Positions 29,946-40,277 of a stretch of DNA of 43,454 nucleotides are shown in pieces. Position numbers and translations under genes: made by a program. This DNA comes from Nitrospira japonica (lineage in GTDB: Bacteria; Nitrospirota; Thermodesulfovibrionia; Thermodesulfovibrionales; SM23-35). The notes below the pieces were generated by a model. That model worked only from the letters and a program-made list of their open reading frames with translations. It ran no database searches and was not told the DNA's origin. The DNA is taken from contig DYFC01000057.1 of assembly GCA_020725385.1 (NCBI GenBank), positions 1 to 43,454 on the forward strand, read 5' to 3'. The first letter of the stretch is position 1, and every line of letters begins with the position of its first letter.

Positions 29946-31684
29946 TGGATTATACTATTAAGATAGGCGGCGAGGCAGGACAGGGAATACAGACAGTTGG
30001 TGATACTCTTGCGCGGGTTTTCTCACGTTCAGGTTATCACGTATTCACACATCAGGACTATGAATCACGTGTTAGAGGAGGGCATAATTTTTTCCAGATA
30101 AGGGTATCAGATATGCCAGTTATGGCATCAAGAGAAGATATTGATATTTTAATTGCATTTGATATGGAAAGTATTTCAGAACATGCAAAAGAGATAAAAG
30201 AACAAGGACAAATAGTTTATGATTCTTCAACATTGGGGAAATTTAAATTAGAGGCAAACATCTCCCAAGTTAATACTCTTGATATACCTTTCACACAACT
30301 TGCTATTGAACATGGTGGCAGTAAAATAATGGCAAATACTGTTGCAACCGGGGCTATTCTTGGAATGCTAAAAATGAAGCTTGATATTCTTGAAAATATA
30401 ATAAAGGACACTTTTAAAAAGAAAGGTCAAGACATTATAAAAGCTAATATTAATGCTGCAAGAGCAGGATATGATTTTGCGATAAAAAACTGTCTTACAT
30501 GTAGATTTGTGCCTGCAGATACTTCAAAAGCAAAGATGCTTTTAAATACAGTTGAGGCAATTGGCTTTGGAGCTATAGCATCGGGCTGTAAATTTTATGC
30601 TGCGTACCCTATGACTCCATCAACCGGCATCATGAACTACCTTGCGGATAAAGAAAAAGAATATGGAATCATAGTTGAACAGGCAGAAGATGAAATAGCC
30701 GCAATAAATATGGCTCTTGGTGCATCTTTTGCGGGGGTAAGAGCTATGACAGGAAGTGCTGATGGCGGTTTTGCACTAATGATAGAAGGGCTATCTTTGG
30801 CTGCCATGACTGAAACGCCGATAGTTATTTGCATAGGTCAGAGACCTGCTCCGGCAACAGGGCTTCCAACAAGAACAGAACAGGGCTCATTGCTATTTGT
30901 AATAAATGCAGCTCATGGAGAGTTTCCGAGAGTAGTATTTGCTCCCGGTAATCCTGAACAGGCTTTGTATCTTACCAATAAAGCATTTGATCTTGCAGAA
31001 AAATATCAGATACCTGTTTTCATAATGTTTGACCAGTATCTTTCAGATGCTCAATGGACTTATGAAACCTTTGACTTAAGCAAGTTGAAATATCATGATT
31101 ACAGAATACGCGGAGAGGCGTTAAAAAATCTTGGTGATTATAAAAGACATGCATATACTTCAACCGGGGTATCACCCTTGGGCATTCCTGGAGATTCCCG
31201 TCATTTAATAATAACGGATAGCGATGAACACAATGAAGAAGGTCATTTGATAGAGGATTCCGAAACAAGAGTAAAGATGGTTCAAAAAAGATTGCATCAA
31301 AAATTGCCTTTCATAAAGCAAGAAATCTCCCCGCCTGTTTTATATGGTAATGAAAATCCGGATATAGTTCTTTCAGGGTGGGGCTCGACCTATGGAATAA
31401 TGAAAGAGGCTGTTGATACTCTATCAAAAGAGCATAAGTTAGCAATGCTTCATTTCAGCGAGATATATCCTATGCCCGGCACGGATAATTTTGATTATAT
31501 TTCTGTTTTAAAAAATGCAAAACTTTCTATATGCATAGAGCAGAATGCAACGGGTCAGTTTGCAAAATTAATAAGAACCGAAACAGGTTTTGAGTTTAAC
31601 TCAAAAATCAACAAATATGATGGCAGACCTTTCACAGTTGATTTATTGGTAAAGCAGATTAATGAAAAAACAAAATCTAATTAA
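29945..31684 (+). CDS. korA: 2-oxoacid:ferredoxin oxidoreductase subunit alpha (gamma-alpha fusion)
   Basis: GGEAGQGI, YESRVRGGHN, YPMTPST, QAEDEIAA, ETP, TGLPTRTEQG; substrate not determinable. Confidence 0.9.
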   Translation: MDYTIKIGGEAGQGIQTVGDTLARVFSRSGYHVFTHQDYESRVRGGHNFFQIRVSDMPVMASREDIDILIAFDMESISEHAKEIKEQGQIVYDSSTLGKFKLEANISQVNTLDIPFTQLAIEHGGSKIMANTVATGAILGMLKMKLDILENIIKDTFKKKGQDIIKANINAARAGYDFAIKNCLTCRFVPADTSKAKMLLNTVEAIGFGAIASGCKFYAAYPMTPSTGIMNYLADKEKEYGIIVEQAEDEIAAINMALGASFAGVRAMTGSADGGFALMIEGLSLAAMTETPIVICIGQRPAPATGLPTRTEQGSLLFVINAAHGEFPRVVFAPGNPEQALYLTNKAFDLAEKYQIPVFIMFDQYLSDAQWTYETFDLSKLKYHDYRIRGEALKNLGDYKRHAYTSTGVSPLGIPGDSRHLIITDSDEHNEEGHLIEDSETRVKMVQKRLHQKLPFIKQEISPPVLYGNENPDIVLSGWGSTYGIMKEAVDTLSKEHKLAMLHFSEIYPMPGTDNFDYISVLKNAKLSICIEQNATGQFAKLIRTETGFEFNSKINKYDGRPFTVDLLVKQINEKTKSN

Positions 31685-32111
31685 AATACTTAAGGGAAAG
31701 CTTGAATCAAACAATATAGATAAGAGAATCGTTGCTCTTTATTTATACGGCTCAATAATAAGTGGAAAAAGGCTAAGGAACGATAGTGATATTGATATTG
31801 CAATGCTCGTCTCACACGAGACAGGAAGCATGGAGCGGGTTGGTTTAATCTCAAAGATTGAAGAATTATTTACTAATATATTTATATCATTAGGAATTAA
31901 TAATCAAATAAGTGTTCTTGACATGAGGAGCAAATATGCCTCGTTGCAACTTCTTTATGAAGTCATTACAAAAGGAGTTTGTATATATGAGAGAGCATAT
32001 TATGAAAGGCTGGAATTTGAAAATTTAGTTAAGAGAGAGTATTTTGATTTTGTTCCATTCCTCAAAAAATTGAGGCAGGTAAAATATGGATTTATATACT
32101 CGAAAACTTGA
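31662..32111 (+). CDS. mntA: Minimal nucleotidyltransferase (MNT) antitoxin
   Basis: LYLYGS-x11-DID motif; EYFDFVPF C-terminus; overlaps the HEPN gene. Confidence 0.85.
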   Translation: MKKQNLIKILKGKLESNNIDKRIVALYLYGSIISGKRLRNDSDIDIAMLVSHETGSMERVGLISKIEELFTNIFISLGINNQISVLDMRSKYASLQLLYEVITKGVCIYERAYYERLEFENLVKREYFDFVPFLKKLRQVKYGFIYSKT

Positions 32112-32529
32112 GGTTATTTCTGATTCATTAAGAAAACTTGCTGAAATAAAAAATGAGAGCAAAACATTTCTTATATATAGAGGAACATGGAAAAACAAGG
32201 ATATAGTCGAGAGAAACATTCAGAAAATAGTAGAAGCGCTTATTGATATTGGAAAAATTCTTATTGCAGAAAAAAAACTTCGGGAACCTGCTAATAATAA
32301 AGACGTTTTTAATGTACTGATTGAAGCGGGCTATTTCCCTGTAGAATATTTAGACCTTATAGAAAAAATGATAGGCATGAGGAATATTATTGTGCATAGT
32401 TACGATAAAATTGATGATGAGATAATGTATGGAGTATTAAAAAGGAATTTAAGCGATATAAAGAAAATTAAAGTTTATTTTGAAGGGGTAATCTCTGAAG
32501 TCTTAAAGAAAAAAGTCAGGGAGAAATAG
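32086..32529 (+). CDS. hepT: HEPN (DUF86) RNase toxin
   Basis: VERNIQKIVE..IDIG and RNIIVHSY (Rx4HxY). Confidence 0.88.
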   Translation: MDLYTRKLEVISDSLRKLAEIKNESKTFLIYRGTWKNKDIVERNIQKIVEALIDIGKILIAEKKLREPANNKDVFNVLIEAGYFPVEYLDLIEKMIGMRNIIVHSYDKIDDEIMYGVLKRNLSDIKKIKVYFEGVISEVLKKKVREK

Positions 32530-33381
32530 ATGGCTACACTGGAAGATTATAAAGGTTTGACACCTGCATGGTGTCCGGGTTGCGGAAATTTTGCGATACT
32601 CAAAACATTTAAAGATGTAATGATTGAACTCGGGATCGAACCACATCAATTCACTATCGTTTCGGGTATCGGACAATCCGGAAAATTTCCACATTATTTA
32701 AGATGTAACACTTTCAACGGACTTCACGGTAGAACCCTGCCTGTTGCAACAGGCATCAGACTCACTAACCACGAAATGCCGGTCATTGCTGTTGCAGGAG
32801 ATGGTGATTGCTATGGTGAAGGTGGCAACCATTTAATACATGCTATGAGAAGAAATATAAATGTAAAACTATTTGTCCATGACAATCAAATATATGGACT
32901 TACAAAAGGACAGCCTTCTCCAACAACAATGGAAGGCATGATTACGAAGAATCAGCCTTTTGGTGTGATGTCAGAGCAATTAAATCCTATTGCACTTGCA
33001 GTTGCTCTTGATTGCAGTTTTGTTGCAAGAGGATTTGCAGGTGATATGGAACACCTGAAATTTCTTATGAAATCAGCTATTCAACACAAAGGATTTACGC
33101 TCCTTGATATTCTTCAGCCATGTGTTACTTTTAATAAGATAAACACTTATGAGTGGTACAAACAGCGTGTATATCATATAGAGGCTGATTATAATCCTGA
33201 AGACAGAATAAATGCTTTCAGAAAAGCACTTGAGTTTGGAGATAGAATACCTTTAGGTATTATTTATAAAAATAACCGTCCTACATTTGAAGAAAGAATT
33301 CCTACTATTAATAATTCGACTCTGCTGAAAGAATATTTTAATCCGGTAAATCTTGATAAAATATTAGAGGAATTTTATTAA
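32530..33381 (+). CDS. korB: 2-oxoacid:ferredoxin oxidoreductase subunit beta
   Basis: WCPGCGNF, LHGRTLP, GDGD TPP motif, DNQIYGLTKGQ.SPT, QPCVTFN. Confidence 0.92.
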   Translation: MATLEDYKGLTPAWCPGCGNFAILKTFKDVMIELGIEPHQFTIVSGIGQSGKFPHYLRCNTFNGLHGRTLPVATGIRLTNHEMPVIAVAGDGDCYGEGGNHLIHAMRRNINVKLFVHDNQIYGLTKGQPSPTTMEGMITKNQPFGVMSEQLNPIALAVALDCSFVARGFAGDMEHLKFLMKSAIQHKGFTLLDILQPCVTFNKINTYEWYKQRVYHIEADYNPEDRINAFRKALEFGDRIPLGIIYKNNRPTFEERIPTINNSTLLKEYFNPVNLDKILEEFY

Positions 33382-33525
33382 ACTCTATAACGATAACGGT
33401 TTAAATAATGCAGGTATCACAAGAAAACTTCTTTTTCCGGTTACAACCCTTTTGCTTCCCTTTTCTAACGGGAATTATCGATTTTTGAAGTTTAGAAATG
33501 TCCGCATTTTTCGGGATATTTACTA

Positions 33526-35862
33526 ATGTTAACAAAATTTAAAAAATTTTCTGTTATATTTCTTGTTTTTCTAATTATTTTCATTATTTCCATTTTTGTT
33601 GCCCTTCATTCGTATCGCAACGAAATAAAGAGAAATATCATAGCTAAAATCTCCATTAAGGCTTCTGAATTTCTGGGACACGATGTTGAGATAAAAGATA
33701 TTTCATTCAGCTCTTCAGAGGGTGTTAACTTTTACAACATTAATATAAAAAATCCACCCGGTTTTAAGCCCGGGAATTTACTCACCATAAAAAAGCTCCA
33801 TATGAATTTGTCGCTAAATGATCTTCTTGCAGGAAGATTTTTTTCAGAAAATGTTACGGTTACCTCTCCTGAACTCATCATATATAAAGATGAAAATGGC
33901 AAACTGAACCTTTCGGATAAACTTCTTTCTTTTTTTAAGAGAGAACCAAAACTTAAGTATAAAATTAATGAATTCAAGATTGAGTCAGGCTCTTTTAAGT
34001 TTTATCCGGGTACCGGAAATCAAAATTTAAAATTATACAGAGAATTGCTCGAAGTTGAAAAAGTAAATATTTCTTTGAAAGATCTTTCTTCAAATAAAGG
34101 AGTGAAAACTCTTATTGACGGAAAAGCCGATTACAGAGGAGGCGAATTAAAATTAAATGGCTGGGCTTATTTGAAGGATGACCCGAAAAAATTTATGGCA
34201 TCTGCTTCTCTCGATAACCTGCCTTTATCAGATTTTAATGAAATATCCGGCAAACATGGTCTGAAACTTGAAAAAGCAAAAATAAATGCTGAATTTTTTA
34301 TCGAGGGCTCAACTGAAATTATTAATTTGAAAAATAGCGTTCAAATAAATAATGCATCCTCTACTTATATTTCCAGCAGGATAAACGGGATATTAATAAA
34401 AAATAAGTGCAGATATATTGCAAATAAAGACTTTTTTTCAATTGACGATTTAAGAATAGATTCAGGAGATTTCTTATCTGTTCAGGCAAAAGGAGCTATC
34501 AGAGATATTACCAAACATCCTGATTATAAAACAGAAATTACGGTAAATAAGCTTGATCTTTCTGCCCTGGAATTTCCGGATAATTATAAAATTACCGGAA
34601 TTTTGAAAAATGCGATTATTAAAATAAGTGGTAATTCTTTCACAAGAATTCCGGAGTTTAATTTAAAGGCCGGACTCAAGAACATATCGGTCTCAAAAGA
34701 AAAAAAGAATTTGATACAGAAAGCATCAATGGAATTTAATTTAAATTCTGATGGTGAAAATGCGAGATTTAATGTAAGCACTTTTATAGAAAAGCTTTTA
34801 ATAAAAGTTTCAGGAACAGCAAAAGATATAGCAACTCCAAAAAGATTTGTTAATTTAAAAACAGAAGTTCCTGATGTGAAAGCAATAGATATAAGGGATG
34901 CATTGTGGAATATATTTCCTGACAACCTCTTATATGCAGGTATGGAAGGTTTAATATCTTCTGTTTTTTCAATTGATTACTCTGAAGGTTCTTTAAATAT
35001 TTCGGGCACACTAAAAGCTCATGAACTTACAATCAATGGCGAAAATGGAGAATTCACGGTTGGGCCGGTAAATGGAGAGATACCGGTTAATTTCCAGAAG
35101 AACAAAAGTAAAACATTACTGAATAAAAACTTAAAGATGAATCTTTTTTCTGAAATTCCTGCATTCGAAAAAGATAACTTTCAAAATCTGAAGAATTTCT
35201 ACAAAGACCGTGAAACATGCAAAATTTGTAATAAGATAACTATCGGGAATATTAGTTACGGCATGCCTCTTTTAAAAAATTTAACTGTTTTTATAGAACA
35301 GGATAAAGGGATTTATAATATCCCTTTATTTGATGCCGATATTTCAGGGGGAAGACTGAAAGGAACTGCATCTGTAAATGTGTCGAATGGCCTCGATTAC
35401 ACAGCGGGGTTTATTATTGAAAAATTAAGTTTAAGAGAATTTTGCGAAGGGTTCGAACCTATAAAGGGTTATATTTCAGGACTTGTTGATGGACTGGCAT
35501 TCATTAAAGGTTCGGGGTCTGGTCTTACAAATCTTATAGGAAAGGTTGATCTGTGGACATACAGCAGTAAAAAGGAGAAGACAAAAATAAGCAAGGAATT
35601 TCTTAAAAAAGCCGGCGGTCCGTCACTAAAAGCATATCTTGGCGATAGGAATTTCGATAAAGGGATTGTTACCATGTATCTTAAGAATGGGTATATTATT
35701 TTCAGCGAACTCGAGATTTCAAACAGAAACATTTTGGGTATAAAAGATCTTTCAATCAAAGTTGCTCCGTTTAATAATAGAATTTCAATTGACCATCTTA
35801 TGTGGACAATTACCGAAGCAGCTCATAGAGCCAAAAGCGCAGAGGCTGATAAAAATAAATAG
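33526..35862 (+). CDS. AsmA/DUF748/YdbH-like intermembrane beta-groove protein
   Basis: N-terminal TM anchor, amphipathic beta-strand-rich body, PELIIYKDENGKLN AsmA-type segment; adjacent to a YnbE/YdbL-like gene. Confidence 0.7.
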   Translation: MLTKFKKFSVIFLVFLIIFIISIFVALHSYRNEIKRNIIAKISIKASEFLGHDVEIKDISFSSSEGVNFYNINIKNPPGFKPGNLLTIKKLHMNLSLNDLLAGRFFSENVTVTSPELIIYKDENGKLNLSDKLLSFFKREPKLKYKINEFKIESGSFKFYPGTGNQNLKLYRELLEVEKVNISLKDLSSNKGVKTLIDGKADYRGGELKLNGWAYLKDDPKKFMASASLDNLPLSDFNEISGKHGLKLEKAKINAEFFIEGSTEIINLKNSVQINNASSTYISSRINGILIKNKCRYIANKDFFSIDDLRIDSGDFLSVQAKGAIRDITKHPDYKTEITVNKLDLSALEFPDNYKITGILKNAIIKISGNSFTRIPEFNLKAGLKNISVSKEKKNLIQKASMEFNLNSDGENARFNVSTFIEKLLIKVSGTAKDIATPKRFVNLKTEVPDVKAIDIRDALWNIFPDNLLYAGMEGLISSVFSIDYSEGSLNISGTLKAHELTINGENGEFTVGPVNGEIPVNFQKNKSKTLLNKNLKMNLFSEIPAFEKDNFQNLKNFYKDRETCKICNKITIGNISYGMPLLKNLTVFIEQDKGIYNIPLFDADISGGRLKGTASVNVSNGLDYTAGFIIEKLSLREFCEGFEPIKGYISGLVDGLAFIKGSGSGLTNLIGKVDLWTYSSKKEKTKISKEFLKKAGGPSLKAYLGDRNFDKGIVTMYLKNGYIIFSELEISNRNILGIKDLSIKVAPFNNRISIDHLMWTITEAAHRAKSAEADKNK

Positions 35863-35967
35863 AAGGGTCTATTAAAATTAAATTTATTCTATAATATAAA
35901 AAGCTGGTATCTAAAAAATGTTAGGTAGAATTGATAATATTAATTTTTAAAATTTGAGGAGGATTAT

Positions 35968-36585
35968 ATGAAAGTCAAAATGAAATTGTTTATGTTAGGC
36001 TTTGTTTTTCTACTTGTCTCATGTGCTGTTATAACAGTGAATATTTACTTTCCGGAAAAGGATGTTAAAGAAGCATACAAAACTCTCGAAAAAGAGCTAA
36101 TGGGAACAGATTCTAAAAAAGATGATAAAAAATCCGGGGAAAGCAAGCCACAGAGTCTTTTCAAATTTGAATTTGCAGGAACTGCTTATGCTGAAGAAGG
36201 TCTTTCGGATAAACTTTCAGAGACAATGAAGAAGATGCCCGATGTTGTTAATGCTTATAAAGAAATGGGAGGAAGGATTAATGAAATTGATCGTTTAAGA
36301 GATAGTGGTGCAGTCGGAGAAGGCAAAGACGGTCTTCTTGTAATAAGGGAAGGAAAAATTAGCGAACAAGATAAAAAGCTTGTATCCGAAGAAAATGAAA
36401 ATAGAAAAACTGTCATGAGAGGCATGGCAAGGGCGATGGTTCGTATAAACAGAGACAGGGAGAACGAAGAAACAATCAAAAAAGTAATGCCCCAGGCTGT
36501 GGAATACTTTGCTTCATTAAGAAGGGATTCTGCTAAGAAAGGCTGGTGGATACAGAACCCGGACGGGAACTGGGTAAAAAAATAA
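35968..36585 (+). CDS. Lipoprotein, YnbE-like N-terminus fused to a YdbL (DUF1318) domain
   Basis: Lipobox LVSC, ITVNIYFPE strand, GAVGEGKDGLL, EENENRK, GWWIQNPDGNWVKK. Confidence 0.75.
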   Translation: MKVKMKLFMLGFVFLLVSCAVITVNIYFPEKDVKEAYKTLEKELMGTDSKKDDKKSGESKPQSLFKFEFAGTAYAEEGLSDKLSETMKKMPDVVNAYKEMGGRINEIDRLRDSGAVGEGKDGLLVIREGKISEQDKKLVSEENENRKTVMRGMARAMVRINRDRENEETIKKVMPQAVEYFASLRRDSAKKGWWIQNPDGNWVKK

Positions 36586-36619
36586 TTTAGACTCTCTGAA
36601 AAAAATAGTATTTCATAGA

Positions 36620-37123
36620 ATGAAAAGCAGAAAGACTATCTTTGGGTTAATTATTCTTTTCATTATCGGGTCTTTTGCTGTCTCAGATGCAAAACTATTG
36701 CAAGCAGATAAAATTATAGTTCAGAAATCAAAAAGAATCATGACTCTGTTTAGAAAAGGGAGAATATTAAAGCAATATAAAGTAGCATTGGGTAAGCAGC
36801 CTGTCGGGAAGAAAATATTCGCTGGAGATAAGAGAACTCCTGAAGGTAGTTATTTTATAGATTCAAGAAAAGCTGACAGTAAATACTATTTAGCTCTTCA
36901 TATATCCTATCCAAATCATGTTGACTTAGAGAATTCCGGGAAACTTGGCTTAAATCCAGGGGGGGATATTATGATTCACGGTCTTCCTGATGGATATGAA
37001 GATGTGGAAGAATTCCATAGGATTACTGACTGGACTGACGGGTGCATTGCTGTGACTAATAAGGAAATGGAAGAAATCTGGCAACTTGTTCCTGATGGCA
37101 TACCTATAGATATAGTTCCTTAA
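36620..37123 (+). CDS. L,D-transpeptidase (YkuD) family protein
   Basis: Signal peptide, GDKRTPEG.Y, ISYPN, GGDIMIHG...DWTDGCIA (catalytic H and C). Confidence 0.9.
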   Translation: MKSRKTIFGLIILFIIGSFAVSDAKLLQADKIIVQKSKRIMTLFRKGRILKQYKVALGKQPVGKKIFAGDKRTPEGSYFIDSRKADSKYYLALHISYPNHVDLENSGKLGLNPGGDIMIHGLPDGYEDVEEFHRITDWTDGCIAVTNKEMEEIWQLVPDGIPIDIVP

Positions 37124-37226
37124 AATAATAAGCTATCAAGCGGGCAAAAATAAAATCCTGCACGGTAAGAAGGCAATTAACTTAATGTAAAAGCGTTAAA
37201 TTTTTTCATTGAGAGGAGAATGTTTT

Positions 37227-38444
37227 ATGGCAAATGAAGATTTGTCCAAACTTAAAATAGATAAATCAGAAGCATTCTTTAAACAAAAAAGTAGAAATAA
37301 AATGATTTATCTTACTGTGATATTAGCAATCCTACCAATAATAGCTATATTATTTTTTAAGGGTATTTTATTGCCGGCAGTTGAGGTAGAAGTTGTAAAT
37401 GTCAGTAAATTATATCCATCCCAAACCTTTACTCTATTAAATGCAAGCGGATATGTGGTTGCTCAAAGGAAAGCAGCACTTGCATCAAAAATTACAGGAA
37501 GGCTTGTATCAATTTCTGTAGAAGAAGGTGATTTTGTTAAAAAGGGACAAATAGTAGCCCGTATAGAAAATGAGGATATTTCAGCATCAAAGGAACAGGC
37601 AGGGGCAAATCTAAATGCAGCCAAACATATTCTTGAACAGGCAAAAGCTGAACTTGCCGAATCAGAAATTACTTTTAAAAGATATAGTGAACTATTGCCT
37701 TTTGAATATGTCTCAAAAGCAGATTATGATGCAGCAGAAGCAAGGTATAAAAGGGCAAAGGCAGCGGTTTTAGCAGCAGAGGCAAATGTTAAAGCTGCTA
37801 TGGCAGCTTTGAAATCAGCTGATGTTTCCCTTGAATATAGCTTTATACGCGCTCCATTTGATGGAGTTGTTCTTACAAAAAATGCTGATATAGGCGATAT
37901 AATTACACCAATTGGAGCTGCAGCAAATGCAAAGGCAGCTGTTGTAACTATTGCTGATATGAGTTCTTTGCAGGTTGAAGTTGATGTCTCGGAATCTAAT
38001 CTTGGAATTGTTAAAAAGGGGCAACCGTGTGAAATACAGCTTGACGCTATACCTGATTCAAGATTTCGCGGGGTTGTACATATGATCGTTCCAACAGCAG
38101 ACCGTTCAAAAGCTACAGTTCTTGTCAAAATACGTTTTATTGATTCAGACCCCCGCATACTACCCGAAATGAGCGCAAAGGCAGCGTTCCTTGAAAGAGA
38201 AATAGGCAAAGATGAAAAAGAGCCGAGAATTGCACTTAACCCTGAAGCTATATCAAAACGAAATGGCAAACAGGTTGTTTTTCTTGTTATGGATAATAGG
38301 GCGATTGAAACTCCTGTAGTTACAGGTAATAAACTCGGTGATTTCATTGAAATCTTAAGCGGAGTAAAACCCGGTGACAGGGTTGTCTTAAGACCTTTGA
38401 ATAAACTGAAAAATGGTTCAAAAATAAAAATCCCTGAAAAATAA
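37227..38444 (+). CDS. Efflux periplasmic adaptor (MacA-like MFP)
   Basis: TM anchor, lipoyl halves (VEEGDFVKKGQ, IRAPFDGVV), alpha hairpin; GAGGAG SD before ATG 37227. Confidence 0.9.
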   Translation: MANEDLSKLKIDKSEAFFKQKSRNKMIYLTVILAILPIIAILFFKGILLPAVEVEVVNVSKLYPSQTFTLLNASGYVVAQRKAALASKITGRLVSISVEEGDFVKKGQIVARIENEDISASKEQAGANLNAAKHILEQAKAELAESEITFKRYSELLPFEYVSKADYDAAEARYKRAKAAVLAAEANVKAAMAALKSADVSLEYSFIRAPFDGVVLTKNADIGDIITPIGAAANAKAAVVTIADMSSLQVEVDVSESNLGIVKKGQPCEIQLDAIPDSRFRGVVHMIVPTADRSKATVLVKIRFIDSDPRILPEMSAKAAFLEREIGKDEKEPRIALNPEAISKRNGKQVVFLVMDNRAIETPVVTGNKLGDFIEILSGVKPGDRVVLRPLNKLKNGSKIKIPEK

Positions 38445-39145
38445 TGAACAGTGAAAATAATATTGTTGAGATAAGAAATCTTTCAAAATCATACCATAGG
38501 GGAAGTTTAATTCTTCCTGTTTTAAATAACATTTCCCTTGATATTAAAGAAGGAGAATTCCTTGCTCTTATGGGTCCTTCGGGTTCTGGTAAGACAACTT
38601 TGCTAAATTTAATTGCAGGAATTGATAAAGCTGATAGTGGATCAATAAAAGTCAAAAGTGTGGAAATAACGACTCTATCTGAATCAGAATTAGCAGAATG
38701 GAGGGCATCAAATGTAGGTTTTATTTTTCAGTTTTATAACCTTATTCCTGTTCTTACTGCTTTTGAGAATGTAGAACTTCCATTACTACTTTCGAAGTTG
38801 AGTAAAAAAGAACGCAGAGAGCATGTTGAGATGGCTCTTAAAGTAGTAAATCTTTCTGACCGTATGGATCACAGACCCGGACAACTTTCAGGTGGCCAGC
38901 AACAGCGTGTTGCTATTGCAAGAGCTATAGTGACAGACCCGGCTATACTTGTTGCGGACGAACCAACAGGAGATCTTGACAGGACATCAGCAGAAGATAT
39001 ACTCAACCTTATGGAACAATTGGTGGTCGAGCTCAACAAAACAATTATAATGGTAACACATGACCCCCGGGCAGCGAAAAAAGCACACCATATTAAATTT
39101 CTTGATAAGGGGATTTTAAATGCACGTCCTCAAATTGATCTTTAG
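38444..39145 (+). CDS. ABC transporter ATPase (MacB/LolD-like)
   Basis: GPSGSGKTT, GFIFQFYNL, LSGGQQQRVAIARA, ADEPTGDLD. Confidence 0.92.
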   Translation: MNSENNIVEIRNLSKSYHRGSLILPVLNNISLDIKEGEFLALMGPSGSGKTTLLNLIAGIDKADSGSIKVKSVEITTLSESELAEWRASNVGFIFQFYNLIPVLTAFENVELPLLLSKLSKKERREHVEMALKVVNLSDRMDHRPGQLSGGQQQRVAIARAIVTDPAILVADEPTGDLDRTSAEDILNLMEQLVVELNKTIIMVTHDPRAAKKAHHIKFLDKGILNARPQIDL

Positions 39146-40277
39146 AAATTCCCTCAGGCATAAACTGAGAACCATTCTTACGGTTTTGGGAGTAACAATC
39201 GCTATTCTTTCATTCGGTCTTTTAAGAACTGTTATAAGTGCCTGGTATGCAGGAGTTGAGGCATCATCTGCAAGTCGTCTTGTTACAAGAAATGCTGTAT
39301 CACTTGTATTCCCGCTTCCACTTTCTTATAAGGAAAAAATTCGTCAGATCGAAGGTGTAAAATCTGTTTCTTATGGATCATGGTTTGGCGGAATTTATAT
39401 AGATGAAAAAAATTTTTTTGCAAATTACGCTCTTGAGGCAGAACATTATCTTGATATTTATCCCGAATTTATAATACCACCGGAACAAAAAGCAGCCTTT
39501 TTACATGATAGAAAGGCAGCAGTAGCAGGAAAAAAATTAGCCGACAAATATGGATGGAAAATAGGAGATATAATTACTCTTAGAGGCACTATTTATCCGG
39601 GAAACTGGGAATTTGTCTTGAAAGCTATATATAAAGGACGTGACAATACAGTTGATGAGACCGCTTTTTTCTTTCATTGGGCGTATCTAAATGAGATGAT
39701 GAAAAAGATAGCTCCACAGAGAGCTGACCAGGTCGGATGGTATATGGTCGAAGTAAAAAATCCAGAGCAAGCTGCTGAAGTTGCTGTGAGAATTGATCAA
39801 ACATTTAAGAACTCTCTTGCTGAAACATTAACAGAGACAGAAAAAGCATTTCAGCTTGGATTTATCTCAATGACCGAGGCAATAGTAATTGCGATTAAAC
39901 TGGTATCATTTGTTGTTATTTTAATAATAATGGCTGTTGTAGCTAACACAATGGCAATGACCGCACGGGAAAGAATTGGTGAATATGCTGTTTTCAAGAC
40001 TCTTGGATTTGGAGGATTTCATGTAAGCGGACTAATTTTTGGAGAATCAATGTTTATTACAATGACAGGAACAGTTTTAGGAATTTTATTAACATTTCCT
40101 GCTGCAAAAATATTTGCATCTGAGTTAAGCACCTATTTCCCGATATTTATAATTGAACCTGAAACATTATACATGGATGTAGCAGCAGGGTTAGTTGTAG
40201 CTTTAATGGCAGGCCTTTTCCCTGCGTGGCGGGCAATTAATATTCGCATTGCAGATGGTTTAAGGAGAATCGGTTGA
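39120..40277 (+). CDS. ABC permease, MacB/FtsX family
   Basis: TM1, large periplasmic domain, 3 C-terminal TMs; RERIGEYAVFKTLGF. Confidence 0.9.
   Translation: MHVLKLIFRNSLRHKLRTILTVLGVTIAILSFGLLRTVISAWYAGVEASSASRLVTRNAVSLVFPLPLSYKEKIRQIEGVKSVSYGSWFGGIYIDEKNFFANYALEAEHYLDIYPEFIIPPEQKAAFLHDRKAAVAGKKLADKYGWKIGDIITLRGTIYPGNWEFVLKAIYKGRDNTVDETAFFFHWAYLNEMMKKIAPQRADQVGWYMVEVKNPEQAAEVAVRIDQTFKNSLAETLTETEKAFQLGFISMTEAIVIAIKLVSFVVILIIMAVVANTMAMTARERIGEYAVFKTLGFGGFHVSGLIFGESMFITMTGTVLGILLTFPAAKIFASELSTYFPIFIIEPETLYMDVAAGLVVALMAGLFPAWRAINIRIADGLRRIG

Noticed and set aside
33440-33485. c-di-GMP-I riboswitch-like minus-strand text (CCC..GAAA..GGGA.GCAAA)
   Set aside because: Stem is imperfect, P1 and P3 are missing, and there is no downstream gene on that strand
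37724-38347. 207-aa antisense ORF and the other overlapping short ORFs in the track
   Set aside because: Shadow frames of well-supported genes, with no motifs or SD sites
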